DNA from: Squalus acanthias
Taxonomy: Eukaryota
Reading direction: 5' to 3'
Assembly: GCA_030390025.1 (NCBI GenBank)
Contig: CM059432.1
Span: forward strand, 120,282,001-120,346,000
Length of the DNA stretch: 64,000 nucleotides
The notes beneath the pieces are model-generated. The model was not told where the DNA came from, did not search any database, and saw only the letters and a list, made by a program, of their open reading frames with translations. Positions 39,036 to 50,359 of this stretch are shown in pieces. The position numbers were made by a program, and so were the translations under genes. Positions within the stretch are counted from its first letter, which is position 1. Every line of letters starts with the position of its first letter.

Positions 39036-42000
39036 ATTTTTTTATTCCTTGCTGGGAGGTGGGCGTCGCTGGCAAGGCCAGCATTTATTTCCCATCCCTA
39101 GTTGCCCTTGAGAAGGTGGTGGTGAGCCGCCTTCTTGAACCGCTGCAGTCCGTGTGCTTAAGATACTCCCACAGGGCTGTTACGGCGGGAGTTCCAGGAT
39201 TTTGACCCAGCGATGATGAAGGAACGGTGATATATCTCCAAGTCAGGATGGTGTGTGACTTGGACGGGAACTTGGAAGTGGTGGTGTTCCCATGTGTCTG
39301 CTGCCCTTGTCCTTCTAGATGGTAGAGGTCGTGGGTTTGGGAGCTGCTGCCGAAGAAGCCTTGGCGAGTTGCTGCAGTGCATCTTTTAGATGGTACACAC
39401 TGCAGCCATGGTGCGCCGGTGGTGGAGGGAGTGAATGTTTAAGGTGGTGGATGGGATGCCAATCAAACTGGCTGCTTTGTCATTGATGGTGTCGAGCTTC
39501 TTGAGTGTTGTTGGAGCTGCACTCATCCAGGCAAGTGGAGAGTATTCCATCACACTCCTTACTTGCACCTTGTAGGTGGTGGAAATGCTTTAGGGAGTCA
39601 GAAGGTGAGCCACTCACCTCGGAATACCCATCCTCTGACCTACTGTTGTAGCCACAGTATTTATATGGCTGGTAAAGTTAGAGACTCTCTTATTGGAGAT
39701 AGTAATTGCCTGGCACTTGTGAATGTTACTTGCCACTCATCAGCCCAAACCTGAATGTCATCCAGCTCGTGCTGCATGCAGGCACGGACTATTTCAATAT
39801 CTGAGGATTTGCGATTGGAATTTAACACTGTGCAATCATCAGCGAACATCCCCACTTCTGACCTTATGATGGAGGGAGGTCATTGATGAAGCAGCTGAAG
39901 ATGGTTGGACCTCGGACACTGCCCTGAGGAACTCCTGCAGCGATATCCTGGCGCTGAGATGATTGGCCTCCAATAACCACAACCATCTTCCTTTGTGCTA
40001 GGTATGTGGAGAGTTTTCCTCCAATTCCCATTGACTTCAATTTTACCAGGGCTTCTTGATGTCACACTCGGCCAAATGCTGCCTTGATGTCAAGGACAGT
40101 CACTCTCACTTCGCCTCTGGAATTCAGCTCTTTTGTCCATGTTTGGACCAATGCTGTAATGAGGTCTGGAGCTGAGTGATCCTGGCGGAACCCAAACTGA
40201 GCATCGGTGAGCAGGTTATTGGTGAGTAAGTGCCGCTTGATAGCACTGTCAACGACACCTTGCATCACTTTGAGAGTAGACTGATGGGGTGGTAATTGTC
40301 CGGATTGGATTTGTCCTGCTTTTTGTGGACAGGACATACCTGGGTAATTTTCCACATTGTCGGGTAGATGCCAGTGTTGTAGAGGCTAGAGGCATGACTA
40401 CTTCTGGAGCACAAGTCTTCAGCACGACAGCCGGGATGTTGTTGGGGCCCATAGCCTTTGCTGTATCCAGTGCGCTCAGCCGTTTCTTGATATCACGTGG
40501 AGTGAATCAAATTGGCTGAAGACTGGCTTCTGTGATGGTGGGGACCTCAGGAGGAGGCCGATATGGATCATCCACGCCGCACTTCTGGCTGAAGATAGTT
40601 GCAAACGCTTCAGCCTTGTCTTTTGCACTCACGTGCTGGGCTCCACCATCATTGAGGATGGGGATATTCATGGAGCCTCCTCCTCCCATTAGTTGTTTAA
40701 TGATCCACCACCATTCATGACTGGATGTGACAGGACTGCAGGGCTTTGATCTGATCCGTTGATTGTGGGATCGCTTAGCTCTGTCTATAGCATGCTGCGT
40801 CCGCTTTTTAGCATGCTTGTAGTCCTGTGTTGCAGCTTCCTCAGGTTGGCACCTCATTTTTAGGTACGCCTGGTGCTGCTCCTGGCATGCTCTTCTACAC
40901 TCCTTATTGAACCAGGGTTGGTCCCCTGGCTTGATGTTATTGGTAGAGTGAGGAATATGCCGGGCCATGAGGTTACAGATTATGGTGGAATACAATTCTG
41001 CTGCTGCTGATGGCCCACAGCGCTTCATGGATGCCCAGTTTTGAGCTGCTAGATCTGTTCTGAATCTATCCCATTTAGCACAGGTGGTAGTGCCACACAA
41101 CACGATGGAGGGTGTCCTCAGTGTGAAGGCGGGACTTCGTCTCCACAAGGACTGTGCGGTGGTCACTGCTACCAATACTGTCATGGACAGATGCATCTGC
41201 AACAGGTAGATTGGTGAAGACGAGGTCAAGTAGGTTTTTCCCACGTGTTGGTTCTCTCACCACCTGCCGCAGGCCCAGACTGTCTTTTAGGACTCCACCA
41301 GCTCGGTCAGCAGTGGTGCTACTGAGCCACCCTTGGTGACTGACATTGAAGTCCCCCACTCAGAGTACATTCTGTGCCCTTGCTACACTCAGTGCTTCTT
41401 CCAAGTGGTGTTCAACATGGAGGAGTACTGATTCATCAGCTGAGGGAAGGAAGTAGGTGGTAATCAGCAGGAGGTTTCCTTGCCCAGGCTTGACCTGAAG
41501 CCATGAGACTTCATGGGGTTTGGAATCAATGTTGAGGACTCCCAGGACCACTCCTTCCCGACTGTATACCACTCCTGTCCTGCCGGTAGGACAGGACATA
41601 CCCAGGGATGGTGATGGAGGTTTTTAGAACATTGGCTGAAAGATATGATTCTATGAGTATGACTATGTCAAGCTGTTGTTTGACTAGTCTGTGGGACAGC
41701 TCTCCCAATTTTGGCACAAGTCCCCAGATTTTGGTGAGGAGGACTTTGCAGTGTTGACTGGGCTCGGTGCGCCGTTGTTGTGTCAGTAGCCAGTGCCGAG
41801 ATCGATGCCGGGTAGTCCGTCTGGTTTTATTGTTATTAAGGTTTTTTGTAGCGGTTTGTTACAACTGAGTGGCTTGCTCGGCCATTTCAGAGGGCAGTTA
41901 AGAGTCAACCACATTGCTGTGGATCTGGAGTCACATATAAGCCAGACCAGGTAAGGACGGCAGATTTCCTTCCGTAAAGGACATTAGTGAACCAGATGGG

Positions 42001-42188
42001 TTTTTACGACAATCCGATAGTTTCATGGTCACCATTACTGATCCTAGCTTTTTCATTCAGATTTATTTTATTAACTGAATTTAAATTCCCCAGCTGCCAT
42101 GGTGGGATTTAAACTCATGTCTCGCAGATCATTGGTCCAGGCCTCTGGATTACTAGCCCAGTAACATCACCACTAAGCTACTGTTTCC
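39036..42188 (-). mobile_element. Near full-length single-ORF non-LTR retrotransposon (APE + RT; probably CR1/Jockey group) with tRNA-like 5' head, decayed
   Basis: APE motifs DIVILIESYL, GDFNV, LLDLVFTN, SDH. RT motifs QFGFR, LDIKAAF, FADD. A-rich tail near 39040. Inserted in an old CR1. Confidence 0.85.
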
Positions 42189-42239
42189 GGTAATGTGGAT
42201 AATGGTGTGCCACAGAGATCTGTGTTAGGACCACTTTTA

Positions 42240-42964
42240 GGGGTAAAAATTCGGTAGTGCCCCTTTTCTACCTTCGCCGGGGCACTAATGTTAGCGCCCC
42301 AAAAAAGTTAGCACCCCCGCGGCCGATTTTCCCAGGTAATGCCCCGAGAGGGAGGAGGGGCGCTACTGGAAGCGCCCCGCGTCCCTCTTGGGGCACTGCA
42401 AGCCAAAACCGCGGCGCTATGTGCCACAGCGCGTGCACGTCGCGCTGCGGTACTGCAGACCTTCCTCCCCTTCTTAAAGGCCCACTGGGCCACCAGGGAT
42501 CGGGAGTGCTGGCAAACGAGCCCGGCACTCAAGAGGAGTGCTGGGCTCACGGAGAGCAGCCGGCACCCCGCGGGAGGGCTTCACGGGGGCCGGGGACAGC
42601 AATGGGGGCAGGTGCTGGCAGGCGGCCAGCAACAAAAATGGCCGCCCGCCACCTCCCCTTTAACTAGCGCCACCCCGGCCGCAGGTAGGACCCCCTGACC
42701 CCGTCGGACATAGCGTCCGCCGGTAAGTCGGGGGCGCCATCCAATATTACAGCCGGGGTGCGAGCGGGGCACTGCGCACGGCGATGACATCATTGCCGGC
42801 GGCACAGCACCATGAGGCGCTAACAGTTAGCGCCACCGCTAACCTCCTGCTGAATTTCGCGGGAGCCGTTAGCAGCGCCGCACCCAGGCGTTAGTTGATT
42901 TGCGCCCCGTTAGCGCCCTCTTAGGGTGCTAACGGGAGGTGCAAATTAACCAAATTTTGCCCCC
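42240..42964. mobile_element. Harbinger MITE (family A)
   Basis: TIR ggggtaaaaatt / aattttgccccc; subterminal ttagcgccc..ctaacgggagg shared with 8982-9874. Confidence 0.85.
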
Positions 42965-43303
42965 TAAGTTTCCATTGATAAAGGGAAGGACATGGAAGTT
43001 TGCTGATGATACCAAATTAGAGGGAAATCAAACTGTAAGGGAGATTGAAAGATACTGAAGGAGAACATAAATAGGTTAATATAGTGCTCCAATAGATAGA
43101 AAAAGCGATTAATTACAGAGAAGTGAAGTAGCACATTTTGGAAGAAAGAACATTGAAAGTAAATAAATTGTAACATTATTTAACAGAATGGAGGAACAGA
43201 GAGGCTCAAAGACATAGATACATGACTTTCACCCCGGGACTTGTGTTCAAATCAAGAACAGAATGTAGAATGGTGAATGCTCTACTGGCTGTAAGGAGCC
43301 TAT

Positions 43304-44062
43304 GGGCTGGATTTTCAATGACCCGTGGAGTCGGGTTTGGAGGCGTGTGGGGGGTTAAAATAGCGAAAAGTGGCGGGCGGACCTGATCCCGACTCCATTC
43401 CGCCTCCACGCAATTTTGTCAAAATCGGTCGCTGGGGTTCCCGCTTCCGTCCCACCTCCAAGAGGCGGGAGAGGCCATTAAAGCCCTTAACAAGCCCTAA
43501 ATTGGCTCTGTAATGCCATTTTGAAACGCTTTAGCTAGTTTACCCCTTTTCCGACGTGAAGTACGCCTGATGTGAAACACGCCAGTGAAACCTGGCGGGA
43601 GCACAAGTGGATAGCTGACTATCAGCTGCAGGTCCACTATTACAACGGAGATGTGATGAAGGTAGTAGTAGTATTAGGTCTGAAAGTCACCTCTGATGCT
43701 GCTGCATTGAATGTCTTCAGAGACTGCCTGGGAGGACTTGGTTGCAAATCTCTCTCTCTCTTTCTCTCTCTCTCTCTGAGATGCTGCTCATTTTGCATCC
43801 AGGTCCTCTCACAGCAAAGGCCAGGCAGTTTCTGAGACCAGGCAGTGTCTGAAAGCCTTCAATGCAGCAGCAATGATGACATCATCAGAGGCAACTTTCA
43901 GACTGAAACCACTAATTGGTTCATGGGTTCCCACATGCTGGAACTCAATTGCCCAATTAAGTGAAAATTGCATCAATCTCCCACATCCAATTGCAGGTCG
44001 GGTGGATAACACGAAATGCGAATGACACGACCCCAACCCGCCCCAGTATCAAAATCCAGCCC
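43304..44062. mobile_element. Harbinger-type MITE (family B), reverse orientation
   Basis: TIR gggctggatttt / aaaatccagccc; TSD TAT. Confidence 0.9.
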
Positions 44063-44429
44063 TATGTGTGAAATGTGTTTGGACAGCTTCAATTCAGTCC
44101 CTAGTGTACAAGGACATCCAGCTCAAACGTGCCCCCAATTTGGTAGTCTGACATAGAAAGGCCACAAGGTGGATGTTGTGGCAAATGGAAAAAAATGTCA
44201 CACTGGTGCAGTAGGAATTGCTCTTCAGAGGTTTGGACTGAGGCATATTGTTGGAGCAGAGTAAAGGGAGCTCACTATGGTTTAACTGAATTGAGAGTGA
44301 TTCAGAACTATAACTGGCTAACACTGGTATCTTCACTGTGGCCTTCCCATGGCTGTAATATCCTTCTTACAATGGAGTGTCCAGGCAAATTCCTTCCACA
44401 ATTTTAACATAACATCCTTGCATTGTTTG

Positions 44430-45615
44430 TCTTAGCCATGGCTCAGTGGGTAGCACTCTCACCTCTGAGTCAGAAGGTTATGGGTTCATAGTCCCGCTCC
44501 AGAGACCTGAGCACCAAATCTAAACTGACACTTCAGTTCAGTACAGAGGGAGCACTGCACTGTCGGAGAAATCGGGCTGGATTTTGATACTGGGCCGGGT
44601 TGGGGTCGTGTTATCCACTTTTCGTGTTATCCACCCGACTGCAATTGGATGTGGGAGATTGATGCAATTTTCACCTAATTGGGCAATTGAGTTCCAGCAT
44701 GTGGGAAACCATGAACTAATTAGTGGTTTCAGTCTGAAAGTCGCCTCTGATGATGTCATCATTGCTGCTGCATTGAAGGTCTTCAGAAACTGCCTGGCCT
44801 TTGCTGTGAGTGGACCTGGATGCAAAATGAGCAGCAGGAGAGGGAGAGAGAGAGAGAGAGAGAGAGAGAATTTCTTTTTTTGCATCCAGGTGCTCTCACA
44901 GCAAAGGCTAGGCAGTCTCTGAAGACATTCAATGCAGCAGCTTCAGAGGCGACTTTCAGACCTAATACTACTACTACGTTCATCACATCTCCGTTGTAAT
45001 AGTGGACCTGCAGCTGATAGTCAGCTATCCACTTGTGCTCCCGCAAGGTTTCACTGGCGGGTTTCACATCAGGCGTGCTTCACGTGGGAAAAGGGTTAAA
45101 CTAGCTAAAACGTTTCAAAATGGCATTACAGAGCCAATTTAGGGCTTGTTAAGGGCTTTAATGGCCTCTCCCGCCTCTTGGAGGTGGGACAGAGTCGGGA
45201 ACACCGCACACGATTTTATCAAAATTGTGGGAAGGTGGAATGGAGGCGGGATCAGGTCCGCCCGCCACTTTTCACAATTTTAACCACCCACACGCCTCCA
45301 AACCCGCCTCCACGGCCCTCTGAAAATCCAGCCCATCGTCTTTTGGTTGAGATGTTAAACCAAGGCCACGTCTGCCCTCTCAGGTGGATGTAAAACATTG
45401 GCACTATTTTGAAGAGGAATAGGAATTTCTCCCCGCTGTCCTGGCCAATATTTATCCCTCAACCAACATCACTAAAATACATTATGTGGTCATTTCTCAC
45501 ATTGCTGTTTGTGGGACTTGCTACAACTAGCACTACAGATGTACTCTATTGGTTGTAAAGCACGTTGGGACATCCTGAGGTCGTAAAAGACACTATATAA
45601 ATGCAAGTCTTTCTT
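44430..45615 (+). mobile_element. DeuSINE/SacSINE1-like SINE interrupted by a MITE
   Basis: tggctcagtgggtagcac A box, gggttcatagtccc B box, tail tataaatgcaagtctttcttt. Confidence 0.85.
44574..45334. mobile_element. Harbinger-type MITE (family B)
   Basis: TIR gggctggatttt / aaaatccagccc; TSD ATC. Confidence 0.9.
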
Positions 45616-46049
45616 TCCTTTATTTATATGCACGTACATGTGGTGCTGCACATGGGAGGTTGGAGGTTATACAAAACCAAGGGTGTTATTCCAAGTAGCA
45701 TTACCAAGGACACTGACTTGTCAGCATTGGGGTGGCTCTGGTATCTTGCAGCATGCAGAAGAAGGCTTGAGGTCTTGTAGTACTGGACAGGGGATTCTGG
45801 AAAGAGTGGAGAGGGAGGTTCTGGGATCATTGGGGCATTCCCGTGAAAGGGTTCTTGGGATCTGGAAGTGCTGGGCAAGAAGCACTAAATAAAATGTTAA
45901 AATCAACATTTTCTGGGGAAGGGGGAGCCCCAGACCCTTAGAAAAAGAAAAGACATTCATGATATAGAGTATACGCACTTCCAAAATTGTCAGTACACCA
46001 CCGGTCTAAACTAAGGATCATCACTAGAAAAATAAAAAGAGCGAGTTAG

Positions 46050-46650
46050 ACATAGCAGCATAGGAACAGGAGTCGACCATTCATCCCCTCGAGCCTGTTC
46101 TGCCATTCAATTAGATCATGGCTGATCTGTATCTTAACTTCATCTACGCACTTTGGTTCTGTAACCCTTAATACCCTTGCCTAACAAAAATCTATCAATT
46201 TCAGTTTTGAAATTTTCAATTGACCTCAATTAGCCTCAACAGCTTTTTGGGGTAGAGAGTTCCAGATTTTCACTACCCTTTGTGTGAAGAAGTGCTTCCT
46301 GACCTCGTCCACGAATGTTCTGGTTCTAATTTTAAGGTTAGGCTCATTTGTTCTGGACTCTCCTTCACCATAGTTTCCCTCTATCTCCCCTATCAACTCC
46401 TTTAATCATCTTAATCACCTCAAATCGATCTCCTTTTAATCTTCTATACTCAAGGGAATACATGCCTAGTCTAGGTAACCTGTCTTCATAATTGAAACCT
46501 GTAAGCCCTGGTATAATTCTGGTGAATCTGCACTGCACCTCCTCCAAGACCAATATATCCTTCCTGAGGTGCAGTGCCCAGAACTGAATGCTGTACTCTA
46601 AATGGGGTCTAACCAGAGCTTTATACACTTTTGTATTCCAGCCCACCTTG
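46050..46650 (-). mobile_element. CR1 3' end
   Basis: YKALVRPHLEYSIQFW (ORF 46365-46646); CR1 tail motif near 46060-46130. Confidence 0.9.
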
Positions 46651-47915
46651 AGATAAAGAAACGTTTCAAATCAGAAGGGTATGAGATTCTAGCTTGCTTA
46701 ACCATACATGGCTATTGAGGCAGAGATTACAAAATAATTTCAAGGGAAATTGGATAAGTATTTGAAAAGAAAGAATACAAAAGGATATCGGGAAAATGCA
46801 GGAAACTGGGATTAGAATAAATTGCTCCATTTGCAGAGATAGCACTAGCACAGGTGTGATAGGCAGAATAATCTCCTTCTGTACTGTAATTTCTATCATT
46901 CTCTTCGAATTTTAATTTAATTTTACTTTTTTATTGCCATTGTGCTAAATCCTAAATTGTCTATTGAGTGATTGGGAGGGTGAAGTTTAGAATTTTGTTA
47001 GTTTCATGGGAATGGGGTGGGGTGGTGGAGGGGGGAGATACACCAATCTCAACAGTGTTTCTATACTACTAAAAGCTTCAGTCGTGCACCCTAGCCCTGT
47101 GCTTGTTATAACCCTTATCCCTTTCATTATGAAGTTTTGATGGAATGACACAAGCAAAACCAGATAAAGCTTGTGCAGCCACAAATTCATTAAACACTGG
47201 GCAAATCATGGGGTATAGATAATAGTAACATTGCGCTCCATGCAGTTATCTGCATGAGGCTACACTTTGCTCTAAATACACTACAGGCAGAAACATTCAT
47301 TCCAGCATTCATTCTGATCCTCAGTATGCCCCATAGTCATGGCATTTTAATCAGAGCTGTTTAACCCTTGGTTACATATGACTTAACCTTATATTGTCCC
47401 ATGTTATTTACCTCACTTCAGGAAAAGTGAATAAACTATCAGTTCAATACATAGTGCAGAAAATTCTAGAACCGTAAAAAAGGCCAATTAGCCCCTATAT
47501 GGTTGCTCGCATCATCATTAACGGTAAGACTTGGAGCCTCCTCACGATCCACCCACTGATTCTGCAGTCACCCAATTTAAATCAGTTAAAGTGGAGGCAA
47601 TGACGTAGGCATGCAGAAATCTACGGGAGATAGCGAATCGGCAGCCTGTGTCATAGCCCGCCTGTTTTTCTTTTTGGCATGTAAAATGGGTAATGTTATC
47701 GCCCATTTTGCGCTGCCGCTCAAAGCCAATTTCACCCCCAATGTATTTACAAGTTTTAAACAAAAGAACAAATGAAGAAATATTCCCAATCTCTGGAAGA
47801 ATTGTAGTGTACATCCTGATGTTCCACGGAACGCATGGAAGCTGATGACAAGTATTGGAGTTGGCACTTTTGAATATAACCAGTATTAAGACACACACTC
47901 AAATGCCAACATAAG

Positions 47916-48064
47916 TAAATGTGAGAAGTCGCACAACACCAGGTTATAGTCCAACAGCTTTATTTGAAATCACAAGCTTTCGGAGCGCTGCTCCTTCGTC
48001 AGGTGAAGTGAAGAGATGCATATAGGCACAGCATATATAGTCAGAGAACACTGCCAGATGTAAG
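47916..48064 (-). mobile_element. Penelope-like pseudo-LTR fragment
   Basis: Hammerhead motif followed by AATAAA on minus; flanked by a possible 7-bp TSD ACATAAG (47909-47915 / 48065-48071). Confidence 0.7.
47970..48006 (-). ncRNA. Minimal type I hammerhead ribozyme motif
   Basis: UCAC-CUGACGA-A-GGAGC-AGC-GCUCC-GAAA-GC-UU-GUGA: intact core, stems I and II pair fully, palindromic stem III. Confidence 0.75.
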
Positions 48065-48702
48065 ACATAAGCGGAATCACCTCAGTAGCTTAAAATCAGC
48101 TGGTGTGGTTGCTGCAGACAAATTGACGTAACCATTGTAAAAGTTCTGTGAAAATGGGGCCTTGATGGTGTCTTTTGTTTTACAGGAATATTAAATCTTG
48201 TTGGGCATATTATTACCCGAGAAGATTTGTGATCCATGACCAGTATCAAGTGCATTGAATGTACCAAAATACTTGCCCGTAAAAGTCATAAAAGTGAGAT
48301 GGGTGTTCTAATGCTCAATGACATTGTGAAATAGAAGGCGGCCAATGGTATTATATAATAATTACTGGTGTAGAAACTTGCCAGAGATTGGGAATATTTC
48401 TTCATTTGTTCTTTTGTTTAAAACTTGTAAATACATTGGGGGTGAAATTGGCTTTGAGCGGCAGCGCAAAATGGGCGATAACATTACCCATTTTACATGC
48501 CAAAAAGAAAAACAGGCGGGCTATGACACAGGCTGCCGATTCGCTATCTCCCGTAGATTTCTGCATGCCTACGTCATTGCCTCCACTTTAACTGATTTAA
48601 ATTGGGTGACTGCAGAATCAGTGGGTGGATCGTGAGGAGGCTCCAAGTCTTGCCTACTTAAATTTGAAAATGACCATGCTAACAATTGTCATCTCTGAAC
48701 AT

Positions 48703-50359
48703 TGTAAAGTTTTGCAATTATCGCGATTCGAAATAACGAGATAGAAGCAGATTCGTTTGATCAGTTTATTTAAACAAAATGCTGTCATGATTAAACAGGA
48801 CACAGAAGCCTGTAAAATGGCCACCGTGCATCGTGGCAGAAGTTTCCAGAAGTACAGTGGGCAGACAAGATGGTGTTTGAATAAACATTTTCGATAAGCA
48901 CTGATAAAGACAGGATGCAACCTGTTTGCATTTGTGACAATAACAAAAGATATGAGTGCTGGAATCGTTTTCCATGCACAAGTAAGGACCATTGTACTGG
49001 GCAATCGAAAGCCCATCCAGACACATCAATACGCAAATACCCCCACGGCTCTACAATGAGAGAGCCATTCTCGGGTGATTAAACAAGTATTCGGGGGCCC
49101 CCAAAACCCAGCCAGGGAGGCTCCGAGCCGGTTCAACAATGGGGAAAACATTAACGGGTAGTTGGCCAGTCTCAGGTGCTACCGAAATCCGTTAAAGACA
49201 AGAATCACCCCATGCTGGGAGTTTTGAGCGCCAATATTTCACAAAGGACAAACATTAAGATTTGAGCGGGAGATAAGGGAACACAGCACTATAACTATAG
49301 ACAACAAATGTCCATCGCCCCTTTTTTTTTCTCTTATCTCGGCTGATGCTCTTGATTCGACTCTTATTCGCTTGATTTGTGCTCTTGTTTCTCTGGACTG
49401 TTGACTCTGGACTTTTAGCCGCCCTGGACGGTTATTCGAATGTTGGGTGGAGCTCAAACGGAACGAGCCGCCTCGACGAAGGCCGGTGACCGGCCACACC
49501 ATCCCGAGGGTCGGTAAACAGTGTCTGGACCCGAAGGCCCGAAGAGACGAGACGAGACGAGAAGAAGAGGAGAAGAATCCACGTGCCGCCGCGGTCAGCA
49601 AACCCCGACCATGCCCGAAAATATACGACCCATTTCTTGAACTCTACAGGTTACTGCACGAACTGGCCAAAGACTCTTCTTCGAATTCTACCGACAACTG
49701 GTGTCGGTACAGGAAGACTTTTCTTTGAGTTCTACAACCGGGCCCGAGTTCTGTCGAGTTCTTCATGACAACGGGGAGCCCGGCCTGCTTGCAGCAGCAG
49801 CGAAGATAAACAAGTGGGGTACAGAGACCCCTCCAAACACGTGACAGTCAGGCGCTGCAGCGAAACGAGCCGAGTGCCTCACTTTAAAATTCTCCGAAGT
49901 ATCACGAGTGGTGAGCATGTTTCCAGATCCTACAAATCTAGATGTAGTGTAGGTATTGATAAGGGAGGGTGGTTTTATTAAGGATAAAGTATAATGTGTT
50001 CCCCTTTTTACGATGTGCCGTGCGTTCTTCATTACCATAGACCAAGCTTTATGAATGTATGTATACTTGTACTCTCGTTAATTTGCGCCTATGACATGTA
50101 CTTCATGATCTTGGACGCTATGCAATAAAGATTTCCATTTCGTACTATTCAACCGGGTCTATTTTGAGTTTTTCTCTGCATTACTGCTCTCGCACCTAAG
50201 TCCAGTGTTAGAACCGTAAGGGCGAGTGGGTCGAACCACTCACAGGTGCTTATTGCAACAAGGCTGGCCGGAGACCAGAGCAAGCAATAGTATTAGGCAA
50301 CGAAGGCCTAACCCTGCACCAGCACCGTCTGCGATACAAGCACGCCAAAACCCCTTACA
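48703..50359 (+). mobile_element. Solo LTR, 1657 bp, related to 424-2109
   Basis: TGTA...TACA termini; 4-bp TSD ACAT (48699-48702 / 50360-50363); TATA-like at 49290; AATAAA at 50124. Confidence 0.9.

Larger units (their letters stand above)
47526..48651. repeat. 271-bp inverted repeat (47526-47796 / 48381-48651), 584-bp spacer
   Basis: Arms are reverse complements by eye; the ORF track gives identical peptides in two frames on opposite strands. Confidence 0.95.

Noticed and set aside
49447..49728. 93-aa ORF inside the LTR as an accessory gene
   Set aside because: It has a non-ATG start, and the homologous segment of LTR1 has stops and a 5-nt repeat that breaks the frame.
424..50359. The two long LTRs as ends of one giant provirus
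   Set aside because: They are in opposite orientation, clearly diverged, and each has its own TSD (GACA vs ACAT). No PBS, gag or integrase lies next to either.
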